DNA of 64,000 bases from Octopus bimaculoides (Eukaryota). Positions 13,318 through 25,455 of the stretch are shown here, in pieces. The notes beneath the pieces were generated by a model. The model was not told where the DNA came from, did no database searches, and saw nothing but the letters and a program-made list of their open reading frames with translations. The DNA lies in NCBI RefSeq assembly GCF_001194135.2, contig NC_068981.1, positions 162,017,955 through 162,081,954 on the forward strand, given 5' to 3'. A program made the translations under genes and the position numbers. Numbering within the stretch: the stretch's first letter is position 1; each line of letters opens with the position of its first letter.

Positions 13318-14734
13318 NNNNNNNNNNNNNNNNNNNNNNNNNNNNNNNNNNNNNNNNNNNNNNNNNNNNNNNNNNNNNNNNNNNNNNNNNNNNNNNNNNN
13401 NNNNNNNNNNNNNNNNNNNNNNNNNNNNNNNNNNNNNNNNNNNNNNNNNNNNNNNNNNNNNNNNNNNNNNNNNNNNNNNNNNNNNNNNNNNNNNNNNNNN
13501 NNNNNNNNNNNNNNNNNNNNNNNNNNNNNNNNNNNNNNNNNNNNNNNNNNNNNNNNNNNNNNNNNNNNNNNNNNNNNNNNNNNNNNNNNNNNNNNNNNNN
13601 NNNNNNNNNNNNNNNNNNNNNNNNNNNNNNNNNNNNNNNNNNNNNNNNNNNNNNNNNNNNNNNNNNNNNNNNNNNNNNNNNNNNNNNNNNNNNNNNNNNN
13701 NNNNNNNNNNNNNNNNNNNNNNNNNNNNNNNNNNNNNNNNNNNNNNNNNNNNNNNNNNNNNNNNNNNNNNNNNNNNNNNNNNNNNNNNNNNNNNNNNNNN
13801 NNNNNNNNNNNNNNNNNNNNNNNNNNNNNNNNNNNNNNNNNNNNNNNNNNNNNNNNNNNNNNNNNNNNNNNNNNNNNNNNNNNNNNNNNNNNNNNNNNNN
13901 NNNNNNNNNNNNNNNNNNNNNNNNNNNNNNNNNNNNNNNNNNNNNNNNNNNNNNNNNNNNNNNNNNNNAGCTAGCGCTTATATATATATATATATATATA
14001 TATATAAGCGCTAGCTTAAATTAAGTCAGTCCAGTGTTGCCTCTCTTCGGTATTTCCCATTGATAACAGCTAAAGAGCTAGAAACACATCTGGGAATCTG
14101 GCAGGGGGCAGCACTGGACAGATATGGTATTTTTACACCTTTTTATCATAAGAGAGAATTTTCTTCTCCATGGTAACTGCAGTGAATTTGCCTTTAGAGC
14201 TTGAAATATATCACAAATATATTTTAACTAACCTAAAGTTCACTTTTGTGTGTGTGTGTGTGTGTGTGTGTCTGTGTGTGAGTACCTGTGTTTGTCCTCC
14301 CACCACTGCATGACAACAGTTGTTGGTTTGTTTATGTCCCCATAACTTAGCAGTTCAGCAAAAGCGACTGATAGAATGAGTACCAGGCTTTAAAAAAAAA
14401 TAAGTACTGGGGTTAATTGCTTGAATTAAAAATTCTTCAAGGCAGTGCCCCAGCATGGCCACACTCTAATGACTGAAACAAATAAATGATAATAGATAAG
14501 AGATGTAAATATTCATAGCTGTTACTTAACACAGGTAACATGCATTTGTACGACAGACATACACATGTACATAATGCATATTTTATGTACTACTCAATGA
14601 GAATCAGAAGCATTGTAATAAATTTATGTAAACAGTGGTTGTAATGGTGGTGGTGGTGGTGGCAACGGGGGTGGCTGTAGTGGAAACAGTGGTTGCAGTC
14701 GTGGCAAAGGTGGTAGCAGCAGTAGCAGTGGCAG

Positions 14735-15060
14735 CTTTATCTCGTCTCCAAGAACTTAGTTTCTTCTTTGCTGAATGCTTCCTTTACGGTGACGTCATTA
14801 TTGACTCTGTAGACCAGTTCTTGCATTGAAGGGTCAATGGCATTGACTGCATGGTAATGTTGGTGAAGGGTGAGGTTGATTTTTGTCAAGCCTTTCTTTC
14901 CTATCATATGATTTCTTTCATTTCTCTTCTGATGGCTTCAAAGTTTTTGGTTCTGATGGTGATGAAACACTTCCACTTGGTACGGTCTCAGGCTTGTGTT
15001 TCAAACAATTTAGACTCAATTTCAGTGACTTTCAGAGTTGTTTTGATTTTTAATAAATTT
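14735..15060 (-). mobile_element. RTE-1-type LINE 3' end (a different family)
   Basis: Minus strand KTTLKVTEIESKLFETQA*DRTKWKCF...PCSQCH*PFNARTGLQSQ resembles the RTE C-terminus with its terminal Zn-finger-like motif. Confidence 0.6.
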
Positions 15061-15229
15061 GTTCTGTCTAGGGTGGGTCATCATCATGCCAATAAAAATT
15101 TAGATAAACACATACATTGGTCCTGTATCACTTCTTTATTTTACCAAGAAACTGTTCAAATTGTTTAATGTGTTGATTGAACAATCAATTGACTGTTAGT
15201 TTTCTCTGTCAGAGTACTTTTGTTGCTGT

Positions 15230-15661
15230 TTGTGACCTCAACAATGACCACAGTCTCCAGCAGTTTCACATAGTCGTCTGAATTTGACCCTAAGACCCTG
15301 TTCAAAGATGTAGGGGTGGCATGATGTCACTATCCCTGGAGACACACCCAAAGATCATCACAGTTTGGGAGAAACTTAGTTTTCATGATGACTACAACAT
15401 GTCTCACAGCTTTTGCAATGCTCACAGAGCATTGAGCCACAGTCATAATGTCCGCATTTTGATACCTGGTGCAGATCATAATGATACAGGTAATTCTTTT
15501 CCATTATTCAGATGGCTTTCAATCCTCCATATCAGCTAACTTTTTATCAACTACAACTTTAATCTTAATACTCTCCAATGCGATTGACAGTTCCCCATTA
15601 CATCAAACTGTTCCCCAAAAAGGTGACATAAAAAGATGTCAAATTTAGCCTGAACACCCTG
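15230..15661 (-). mobile_element. Tc1/mariner (maT/DD37D-like) internally deleted remnant
   Basis: TA-CAGGGTGTTCAGGCTAAATTTGAC terminus at 15661; frameshifted peptide MKTKF..TVMIFGCVSRDSDIMPP..FEQGLRVNSDDYVKLLETVV. Confidence 0.75.
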
Positions 15662-15663
15662 TA

Positions 15664-16350
15664 CAAAAGGCAACATTGAACATGATGTAGACCCATTGCT
15701 AGCAGTGAATTTTGTGTTACAGTATTGGAGAGTAGTGGAAACAAGTTTAACTAAAGGTGATCTGTGGTTCCAGGGCATAAAAATGGATTTGCTAGTCCCA
15801 ATGAGCCCTGAGGGCCACAAAACCATATTAGAATTGGAGAAAGCGCTAAGACAAAATGCATAAAATTAATGACACAGGGCAGAAAGATTAGTTGTTACAT
15901 TTGTCAGAGTGAAACATGCTTTAGAGCTGAATACTCAGAACTAGGAATATTAAGCAAAAACAAGGAAAGGAAAGTAATGGAGAGTGACAGCAAAATAATG
16001 ATGAGAGACAAGAAGCAAAAACAAAAAAAAATAATCCAAAGCACTAACAAACAAAACTCTGGGGGGATAACAAAGGAAATATCTATAGTATCACAATAAA
16101 TTAGCAAGTATCACAAATAGATTAGCAAACTCCTCATCTCCTAACAAAACTAACTTGTAGTATTACACCTTCACTACGTGATACGATACAATGAGGAAGA
16201 AATAATTACAGATGAAAATTTCCAAACAGTCAGCAAAAAATGTGACAGGAACAAAGAGAAAAAAATTCACTGGTGAAGAAAACTCAGCATAAAACAAGAA
16301 AAGGTGATCAATCCAGAGAAAAATAGTAAAGACAACAAAGAGAATGAAGA
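15664..16350 (+). mobile_element. Degenerate gag-like/ORF1 remnant of a retroelement (L1/Tx1-like, tentative)
   Basis: Open peptide YWRVVETSLTKGDLWFQGIKMDLLVPMSPEGHKTILELEKALRQNA*, then GRKISCYICQSETCFRAEYSE (decayed CCHC knuckle) and A-rich charged remnants with stops. Confidence 0.4.
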
Positions 16351-16543
16351 TGAGCAAAGATTTGCCATTCTTTGAAATCAAACAAACAGTTAATAGTCAA
16401 AATTACACATCTCTAGTAATTTGTAAATTGTATTTCTATTCCATACTCCACATTATCCTAGTGAAAATTTCATATATTTTGTATCTCATGAAACCCACAT
16501 GGCTAATAAACAAAAGTTTATTATTATTATTATTATTATTATT

Positions 16544-16702
16544 CAGTAGTTTTATTTTTATAACGTGCTTTCACTTCACTACCGAGCGCAGCTCTGTGTG
16601 CCTTGGGTATGTGCTGTGGTTTGCTGTGATGCTCTTATGGTTACTGTATTGAAAGTGTTTTGCGTAGGATGTGTGCAGTGCCCAATAGTGCAATTTTCTG
16701 TA

Positions 16703-16706
<4 letters not shown>
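16544..16706 (-). mobile_element. R4/Dong-like REL retrotransposon, extreme 3' end, embedded in (TAA)n
   Basis: Minus-strand C-terminal peptide IQKIALLGTAHILRKTLSIQ* followed by a short 3' UTR; (TTA)n tracts on both sides. Confidence 0.8.
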
Positions 16707-16774
<68 letters not shown>

Positions 16775-17279
16775 TATTGTTGTTGTTGTTGTTGTTGTTG
16801 TTATTATAGAAGGGGCAAGCTGGCAGAATCATTAGCCCGCCAGGTGAAATGCTTAGTGGTATTTCATATGTTGCTACATTCTGAGTTCAAACTTTGCCTT
16901 TCATCCTTTCGGGGTCGATAAAATAAGTACCAGTTGGACACTTGGGTCAATGAAATCGACTCCTCATCCCCTCCCCTAAAATTGTTGTCCTTGTGGCAAA
17001 ATTTGAAACCGTTATTAATATTATTACTATTATTATTGTTGTTGTTGTTATTGTTGTTATACGAGGCAGCAAGCTGGCAGAATCATTAGCATGCCAGTGA
17101 AATGCTGAGCGGTATTTCCTCTGTCTTCATGTTCTGAGTTCAAATGCTGCTGGGACCGACTTTGCTTTTCATTTTTCCCAGGTCAATAATTTAAGTACCA
17201 GTTATGCACTGGGATCGATGTAATCAACTGGTCCCCTTCCCCAAAATTTCAAAGCCTTGTATCTTCAGTAGAAAGGATA

Positions 17280-17312
<33 letters not shown>

Positions 17313-17314
<2 letters not shown>

Positions 17315-17738
17315 GATGAAGAGCGCGATTCAAATGTAATAGATATTTTATTAGTTGAACAATATTTCAACAGTATGTCTGCCTTTGTTAAGTTCAAAAT
17401 AAGAAGTGATAAAAATTCAAAATTACAGAAATTTAAACGTAAAGTATGAACGAGAGTAGCCAGCGTCCACACGTTAATGGAATGACATTATCAGTTTTTA
17501 AGTTACAATTTTATAACAGGCAAAAAGAAAAAGACAGAAAAAAATCGTAAATAAAAAACTGATGATGTCATTCCATCAACCTGTGGACGCTGGTTGCTCT
17601 CGTTCATACTTTATGTTTAAATTTCTATAATTTTGAATTTTTATCACTTCTTATTTTGAACTTGACAAAGACAGACTTACTGTTGAAATATTGTTCAACC
17701 ACTAAAATATCTTACAATCGAATCACGCTCTTCGTCTT
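17313..17738. mobile_element. Foldback/MITE-like element with ~185-bp imperfect inverted arms
   Basis: ~17313-17500 is the imperfect reverse complement of ~17553-17738; short A-rich spacer. Confidence 0.85.
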
Positions 17739-18398
17739 GACTGTTTACCTTTGCGAAGAGTTACGTCAATCCTTTTTAAATTATTATTATTATTATTATT
17801 ATTATGCACCAGACAAAATGCGCTGTGCCATTTCTTCCAGCATTGCATCCTGAGTTCAAATGTTGCTGAAGTCTTTGTGTTTTGTCCTTTTGGAGTCAGT
17901 GAGAGAAGTACCAGTCGAGCACTGTGGTCAATGCAATTGATTATTCCACACCTCCAAAATTTCATGCCATGAGCTTATTGTAGAAAGGATTGTCATTATT
18001 ATTATCAATATATTATACATAGGAGTTGATTTGGGAGAATCATTTGCAGTTTTTTACATTCTGAGGTCAGTAAAATATAGTACCAGTCTTCCAAAACCTC
18101 TTGCCTTGTCCTTACATTAGAAATAATTGTATAGGGTGGTAGATTGGCAGAATTGTTATTATTATTATTATTATTATTATATTATATTCTGCAAGCTAGC
18201 AGAATTGTTAGCATGCCAGGCAAAATGCTTAGTGGCATTTCGACTGTCTTTATATTCTAAGTTCAAATTCTGCCGAGGTCAACTTTCATGAATTAAGTAC
18301 CAGTGAAACACTGGGGCTTGATGTAATTGACTATCCACTCCACCAAATTTCAGGCCTTGTACCTATAGTAAAAAGGATTATTATTATAATCATTATTA

Positions 18399-18456
<58 letters not shown>

Positions 18457-18458
<2 letters not shown>

Positions 18459-19339
18459 GTTTGACTTTTGTTTTGCATTTGTACAAGTTGGATCCAAGTC
18501 TCACCCAGAGACCTCAAGAGACAACAAGTTAGAAGTTCATGTAGGTGTTATGCATAGGGTACCATATATTTGGATTTGTACAGTTTTGTTCAAGTGAATG
18601 TTTAAGAGACCATAANNNNNNNNNNNNNNNNNNNNNNNNNNNNNNNNNNNNNNNNNNNNNNNNNNNNNNNNNNNNNNNNNNNNNNNNNNNNNNNNNNNNN
18701 NNNNNNNNNNNNNNNNNNNNNNNNNNNNNNNNNNNNNNNNNNNNNNNNNNNNNNNNNNNNNNNNNNNNNNNNNNNNNNNNNNNNNNNNNNNNNNNNNNNN
18801 NNNNNNNNNNNNNNNNNNNNNNNNNNNNNNNNNNNNNNNNNNNNNNNNNNNNNNNNNNNNNNNNNNNNNNNNNNNNNNNNNNNNNNNNNNNNNNNNNNNN
18901 NNNNNNNNNNNNNNNNNNNNNNNNNNNNNNNNNNNNNNNNNNNNNNNNNNNNNNNNNNNNNNNNNNNNNNNNNNNNNNNNNNNNNNNNNNNNNNNNNNNN
19001 NNNNNNNNNNNNNNNNGCAGCTCTATCATGCCTGTTGAGATACTCTGTAGGCGCAAGCAGACTGCACATGGAGACAACATGATCGATGGTCTCATTTTGT
19101 TGTTGGCATATACGACATAATGGGGAGCTGCCGTTCTTTAATATGTTGGCCTGGTAGTTCTTTGTAGGTAGGCATTGATCTTGGGCTGCTATGATAAACC
19201 CCTCTGTTTCTGATTTCAAGCCAGAGGCCATTAACCATTGGTGGGTAAGGGCTTTGTCAATATCTGCATTATTCGCTCTCTTTGGGTATTTGCCATTGAC
19301 AGGTTTTCCATGCCATTTTTCAGTCATAATATCTAAGGC

Positions 19340-19340
<1 letters not shown>
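18457..19340 (-). mobile_element. R4/Dong-like REL non-LTR retrotransposon, 3' fragment (spans a gap) in (TAA)n
   Basis: Peptide KWHGKPVNGKY...SETEGFIIAAQDQCLPTKNY...CRICQQQNETIDHVVSMC...EYLNRHD (CCHC knuckle plus RHD motif); long (TTA)n on both flanks. Confidence 0.9.
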
Positions 19341-19391
<51 letters not shown>

Positions 19392-22019
19392 CATTCTTAT
19401 TATCATTATTAAGGTGGTGAGCTAGCAGAATCGTTAGCACACCAGGTAAAATGCTCAATGGCATTTCATCCATTTACATGTTCTGAGTTCAAATTCGGTT
19501 GGGGTTGACTTTGGCTTTCATTCTTTCAGGTTTGATAAAATAAATACCAGTTGAACAGTAGGGTCAATGAGATCGACAATCCCTCTCCCCTCAAATTCCA
19601 GGCCTTGTGCCTATAGTAAAAAGGATTATTATTATTATTGTTATTATTATGGCTAGCTGGCAGAATCATTAGAATGCCAGGTAAGATGCTAGGCAACATT
19701 TCATCCGTCGATGTTTTGAGTTCAAATTCCGCTGAGATCGACTTTTCTTTTCATTCTCTCAGGGTCAATAAAACAAGTACCAGCTGAGCACTGGGGTTGA
19801 TGTTATTGACTTGTGCCCTCCTCCAAAATTGCTGGCTCTGAGCCACTGAGGTCAACTTTACCTTTCATTCTTTTGGGGGTCAATAGATTAAGTACCAGTG
19901 AAAAACTGGGGGGGGGGGGTCGATGTAATNNNNNNNNNNATTAAGTACCAGTGAAAAACTGGGGGGGGGGGGTCGATGTAATTGAATAGTCCTCTCCCAC
20001 CAAATTTCAGGCCTTGTGCCTTTAGTAGAAAGGATCATCATCACCATCATCATCATCATCATCATCATCGTCATCATCATCATCGTTGTCATCATTGTCG
20101 TCATTGTCATTATCAAAATGAGAATGAGGAAAAAGATTACAGGTAAAAAGTACCATGTTAGATACCTCGCAACATTCAGTGACTTTTATTTAAGTCTTCA
20201 GTTCAGACCCCACGCCAACCCTGTTGAGGTCAGCTTTGTTGTTTCACCTTTTCAGAATCAATAAAAGATAAAATCAACAGCAAATATCTTTCTGCACACC
20301 AAACCAATTTGTATCGTTGTACTGAAAAAAAAAACAAAATTAAAAATCGTACTTTTCTATAAAAGTATGTCAGCCACATGACAAGCAAGATGCTTGTCAG
20401 AGGAAAAAAAAACATAAATGCATTTAATTGTAGGCCATCATTGTCCATGTCAAGTTACTTACAACTGAATGAATCTTTAATGGCCATATAAACACTACTT
20501 AGCAATCTATGCTGGACAGCTGTAATATAAAAGTAAAAGTTACATTGAATTTTAGAAATAACATCTAATAAAAACAAACTAATGGTGATAGGCAAACATA
20601 ATATTCAATTATTGTAGATCATTGAATATATCATCATCATCATGAACGTTGTAGTTGTTAGTTGTTGTCATCATCATCGTTATCATCATGATCAACACCA
20701 CCACCACCACCACTATCTCCTTCTTTTCCTCCCCCTCCTCTCACTCTTCATCTTTCACCTGCTCTTTCTGCTTCCAATCATGTTCCCTTTCCTCCTCCCC
20801 ACCTCCATCTTTATCCTTCCTTCTTTACATATTTGTAAACAGCCGGTCTTTAGGAAAACCCGATGTAGATTTGTGATGCTATCAAAGATATTCCAGTTTT
20901 ATAATCTTTTTCCATTTATTTTATTTTCTGACGAATAATTTCGATTAGTAGAGATTGTTTTGATAATAAATTATGTTTGGTAAGTGTGCCTGTATGTGTG
21001 TTCTTGTGTGTGTGTGCATGCGTTTGTGCACATGCATGCGTGTGCATGTATACTTGTGTGTATGTGTATGCCTATATGTGCATTTGTGTGTGTGTGGGCA
21101 TGCATGTGTATGTATATATGCTTATATGTGCATGTGTATGTATGTGTGTAAGCTTGTTAGTTTAAGTACCTGTGTTGCATGGCTATGTTGTCTCAGGGAT
21201 TGTGAGCATAGTTTATATTTCTTAGTTGGGAATATTTAGTTAATATTCTAGCCATGCTCATCATATCTTAACCAAATAGAAGAAACATTACATCTCTTTC
21301 CCCCTTACTCCTATAAATTTGAAGGTGTTGTTTAGATTCTCTGATGAGCCTTGAGGTAGGGAAACTCTGATCAAAAGCTTCTGATGATGTCTATTATCCA
21401 ACATATCTTTTCATTACAACAACCCTTTTCCTCTACTTCAGCCTTATAAATTAAAAATGCTGTTGTCCAGGTGTGTGACAAGCCCTAATCCAGCAGAATT
21501 ATGATAGGTTACATTCCAGTTCTTACCATTATCTAATCTGTTGTTTTTCTGTTAGAACCTACTATATTTTACACTATCATATTTAGTAATGGCCGTTTGG
21601 GGAATTCTTTGTCACATGCTTGCAATGTTTATCCCTTTGGTTGATTTGGAGAGTTCACAGCAGATGGTGTATTAGTTGGTTGCTGCCAAAGCATTGTTTT
21701 TTTTTGTTTTTTTAACATTATTAGCTTACAGAAGATGAGATTCTTCTCACTGATACTTGACTTAGCAAGCATTAAGCATAATGGTTTGCTTGAGACTGTT
21801 AAATAGCTGATGGCAAATATGATCAACATATATTAGTTTCTGCTTGCACATGATGTTTAGCTAGCTGAAAAGATTGTCTACTTGGTTTCATCTTCTATTC
21901 ATGGGATCTACAAGGCAGCATCACAACACAGAGCTGCCAAATTTGTGCTAACAGTCACTGTTTTGCAGCCATGCCTCTGTACAAAGATATTTGAGAGGTA
22001 TTTGTTGACCATCATCATC

Positions 22020-22680
22020 ATCATCATCATCGTTAACATCCACTTTCCATGCTAGCATGGGTTGGACGATCTGACTGAGGACTGGCAAACCAGATGGCTA
22101 TGCCAGGCTCCAATCTGATTTGGCAGAGTTTCTACAGCTGGATGCCCTTCCTAACGCCAGTTAGGAAATATAAATATTATATTAAGTTGATTACATCGAC
22201 CCCAGTGCTGGTACTTAATTTATCAACCCCAAAAGGATGAACGGAAAAGTCAACCTTGGCGGAATTTGAACTCAATCACACTCTAACCTCTCATCATCTG
22301 ACAAAAGACCACCTCCTTCAATGCCTCCTCCCCTCTCAAAGATTCTTTGTCTTGCCAGTTACTTGGTGACCCTGTAAAAAGTATCCAGTCCACACCGTAA
22401 AGTGTTTGGCATTTGAAAGGGCATCCAGCTGTAAAAGCCATATCAAAACTGACCTCGCCTGTGCTGGTGCCACTTAAAAATCACTCAGTCCACTCTGCAG
22501 GGTGGTTGGTGCTAAATAGGGCATCAAGCTGTAAAAACTGTGCCAAAACAATCACAGAAGCCTGGTACAGTCTTCTGCCCAGCCAGCTCCTGTCAGACCA
22601 TCCAACCAAAGTCATCATGGAAAGCAGACATTAAACAACGATGATGCTGATGATGATGGTGATGATGATGATGATGATAA
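22020..22680. mobile_element. Two RTE 3'-UTR fragments (- at 22020-22160, + at ~22270-22680) with a SINE B fragment between them; further RTE 3' fragments at 29045-29310(-), 31050-31280(+), 33340-33860(-), 35900-36080(-) and 54990-55250(-)
   Basis: Shared ttccatgctagcatgggttggac...tttctacagctggatgcccttcctaacgccaaccact sequence and (CAT)n/(GAT)n tails. Confidence 0.85.
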
Positions 22681-23071
22681 ATGTCCCCAATGGAAGGGTT
22701 ACTCTATACTGTTTTAACCAGGATTCAACAATAATATGCATGTGATGATCAGTTTTCCCCAGAACAAAACATCAGCTTTTTACAAATAATATCTGATGAT
22801 GAATGAAATTGTGCTTATTTCATTGTAGAAATATACATTTAGATAGGTATACACATTTACACAGTGTTACGAAATGTTGTAACTTCCAGTACTGGCTCAA
22901 ATTTCTATAGAATACCTGTAGAGATAACTTTAAACCATGAATTAATAGCACTGCTAACACAGATGGGGTACAGTATTAATTTATAAGCCTTTAATATACT
23001 TGGTAGTTTATTACAGTTGTATAACAAAGTAAGGTGTCCCTACCAGCTATCAATATATATGCACCAGTTAA

Positions 23072-23715
23072 GGCCGCAAGCTGGCAGAAATGTTAGCAAG
23101 CTGGGCGAAATGCTTAGCAGTAGTTTGTCTACCGTTACGTTCTGAGTTCAAATTCAGCCGAGGTTGACTTTGCCTTTCATCCTTTCGGGGTCGATAAATT
23201 AAGTACCAGTTACGCACTGGGGTTGATGTAATTGACTTAATACCTTTGTCTGCCCTTGTTTGTCCCTTCTATGTTTAGCCCCTTGTGGGAAATAAAGAAA
23301 TAAGAAACATTAGCACACCGAGCGAAATGCTTAGCAGTATTTCATCTGTTTTTACGTTCTGAGTTCAAATTCCACCAAGGTCGACTTTGCCTTTCATCCT
23401 TTTGGGGTTGATAAATTAAGTACCAGCACTGGAGTCGATGTAATCGACTTAATCCCTTTGTCTGTCCTTGTTTGTCCCCTCTATGTTTAGCCCCTTGTGG
23501 GCAATAAAGAAATAAGAATTGTTTGTATGCTGGATAAAATGCTCAGCAGCATTTTGTCCGTCTTTACATTTTGAGTTCAAATACCGCCAAGGTTAACTTT
23601 GCCTTTTATCCTTTTGGGGTTGATAAAATAATTACCAGTTGAGTACTGGGGGTTGATATAATTGACTTATCTCCTCCCCTGGAATTGCTGGACTTGTGCC
23701 AAAATTTAAAACCAT
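23072..23715 (+). mobile_element. Three head-to-tail SINE family B units (a similar partial tandem lies at 53093-53475)
   Basis: Three successive ~220-bp units; the first two end in aaagaaataagaa and are directly followed by the next head. Confidence 0.85.
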
Positions 23716-24678
23716 TACGTAGCTTGCTTATCAACCACATGGTTCTGGGTTCAGTCTCACTGTGTGGCACCTTGGGCAAGTGTCTTCTACTATAGCCTCG
23801 GGCCGACCAAAGCCTTGTGAGTGGATTTGGTAGACAGAAACTGAAAGAAGTCTGTCATGTATATGTATGTGTGTGTATATGTTTGGGTGTCTGTGTTTGT
23901 CTCCCCAACATCACTTGACAACCGATGCTGGTGTGTTTACATCCCCGTAACTTACACCGCTATATTTAGTGGTTATTTAAGCAATGAGTTTGTGGACGAT
24001 AAATGGATTGGATGTGGTATGCAAGGACCAAGAACTCCTGAAATAAACATATACACTCATCACTTATTTCTCCATCTTCAATCCCATTGTTTACATAGAC
24101 ATATTTGAATATGAAACATCATAACTTTCAATGCTGGCTCTAGTTTCTTCAGAAAATCTGTAGAGATAACTTTAAAAAGTTGGTGTGAAAATATTCAACA
24201 TAGGGAGCATAGTCAGTGTTAGCTTATTTAACATAATGAGCATTAATCCTTTAGAATTCAAACTGGCCATATCCAGCCTCTCACACTTACCTTACAATGT
24301 CGTTCTAAAAAAATAAATGATTACATCATCAAAATCTCAAAGCTACAAGATAATGCATAGTGAATTCAAAACAATGTAAATAAATAAGTATTACATTTGA
24401 TAGAAACATTTGAATGCTGGTGGGTTAAACCTAACCAGCAATAAGAAAAAATTTAATATTAATATGTGATTAATATGATGTTCAATTTTCCAGCAAATAT
24501 AAGGCAACTCATGGCATGACTTGACTTTATTCTAACCATCACAACAAATTCTCATATTCAGAGAGACAAACACTTACCGCTTTGTACATCAATGTTTCTG
24601 AGTTTCCTCCACACACACAGACATGCACTCATAGACACACACATACAGATACATACATACATACATACATATGTGTGT

Positions 24679-24724
<46 letters not shown>

Positions 24725-25455
24725 NNNNNNNNNNNNNNNNNNNNNNNNNNNNNNNNNNNNNNNNNNNNNNNNNNNNNNNNNNNNNNNNNNNNNNNNNNNN
24801 NNNNNNNNNNNNNNNNNNNNNNNNNNNNNNNNNNNNNNNNNNNNNNNNNNNNNNNNNNNNNNNNNNNNNNNNNNNNNNNNNNNNNNNNNNNNNNNNNNNN
24901 NNNNNNNNNNNNNNNNNNNNNNNNNNNNNNNNNNNNNNNNNNNNNNNNNNNNNNNNNNNNNNNNNNNNNNNNNNNNNNNNNNNNNNNNNNNNNNNNNNNN
25001 NNNNNNNNNNNNNNNNNNNNNNNNNNNNNNNNNNNNNNNNNNNNNNNNNNNNNNNNNNNNNNNNNNNNNNNNNNNNNNNNNNNNNNNNNNNNNNNNNNNN
25101 NNNNNNNNNNNNNNNNNNNNNNNNNNNNNNNNNNNNNNNNNNNNNNNNNNNNNNNNNNNNNNNNNNNNNNNNNNNNNNNNNNNNNNNNNNNNNNNNNNNN
25201 NNNNNNNNNNNNNNNNNNNNNNNNNNNNNNNNNNNNNNNNNNNNNNNNNNNNNNNNNNNNNNNNNNNNNNNNNNNNNNNNNNNNNNNNNNNNNNNNNNNN
25301 NNNNNNNNNNNNNNNNNNNNNNNNNNNNNNNNNNNNNNNNNNNNNNNNNNNNNNNNNNNNNNNNNNNNNNNNNNNNNNNNNNNNNNNNNNNNNNNNNNNN
25401 NNNNNNNNAAAAAAAAAAAAAAAAAAAAAAAATATATGTAGGCATACCTCCCATC

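Larger units (their letters stand above)
16810..20035 (+). mobile_element. Cluster of about 8 co-oriented SINE family B copies separated by (ATT)n
   Basis: Repeated gagctggcagaatcgttagc...gagttcaaattc...tttcatcctttcggggtcgataaaataagtaccag...aaaggattattatt at ~16810, 17064, 17815, 18000, 18190, 19410, 19650 and 19850. Confidence 0.85.

Noticed and set aside
13969-14015. Perfect palindrome agctagcgctta-(TA)n-taagcgctagct
   Set aside because: It directly abuts a gap and is centred on (TA)n, so it is most likely a contig-end mis-extension.
15592-15622. Apparent + strand exon PHYIKLFPKK
   Set aside because: It lies inside the minus-strand mariner remnant.
17559-17700. CTGATGA in the foldback arm as a hammerhead
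   Set aside because: No adjacent stem II/GAAA and no stem I partner.
19888-19982. Exact duplication around a 10-N gap (also 33640-33838 and 27255-27360)
   Set aside because: Identical sequence on both sides of small gaps indicates unmerged contig overlaps, not biological tandem repeats.
22860-24200. Two similar minus-strand acceptor sites tttaaagttatctctacag with short open frames
   Set aside because: The two loci are homologous to each other over ~70 bp, so they are copies of a dispersed repeat rather than exons.
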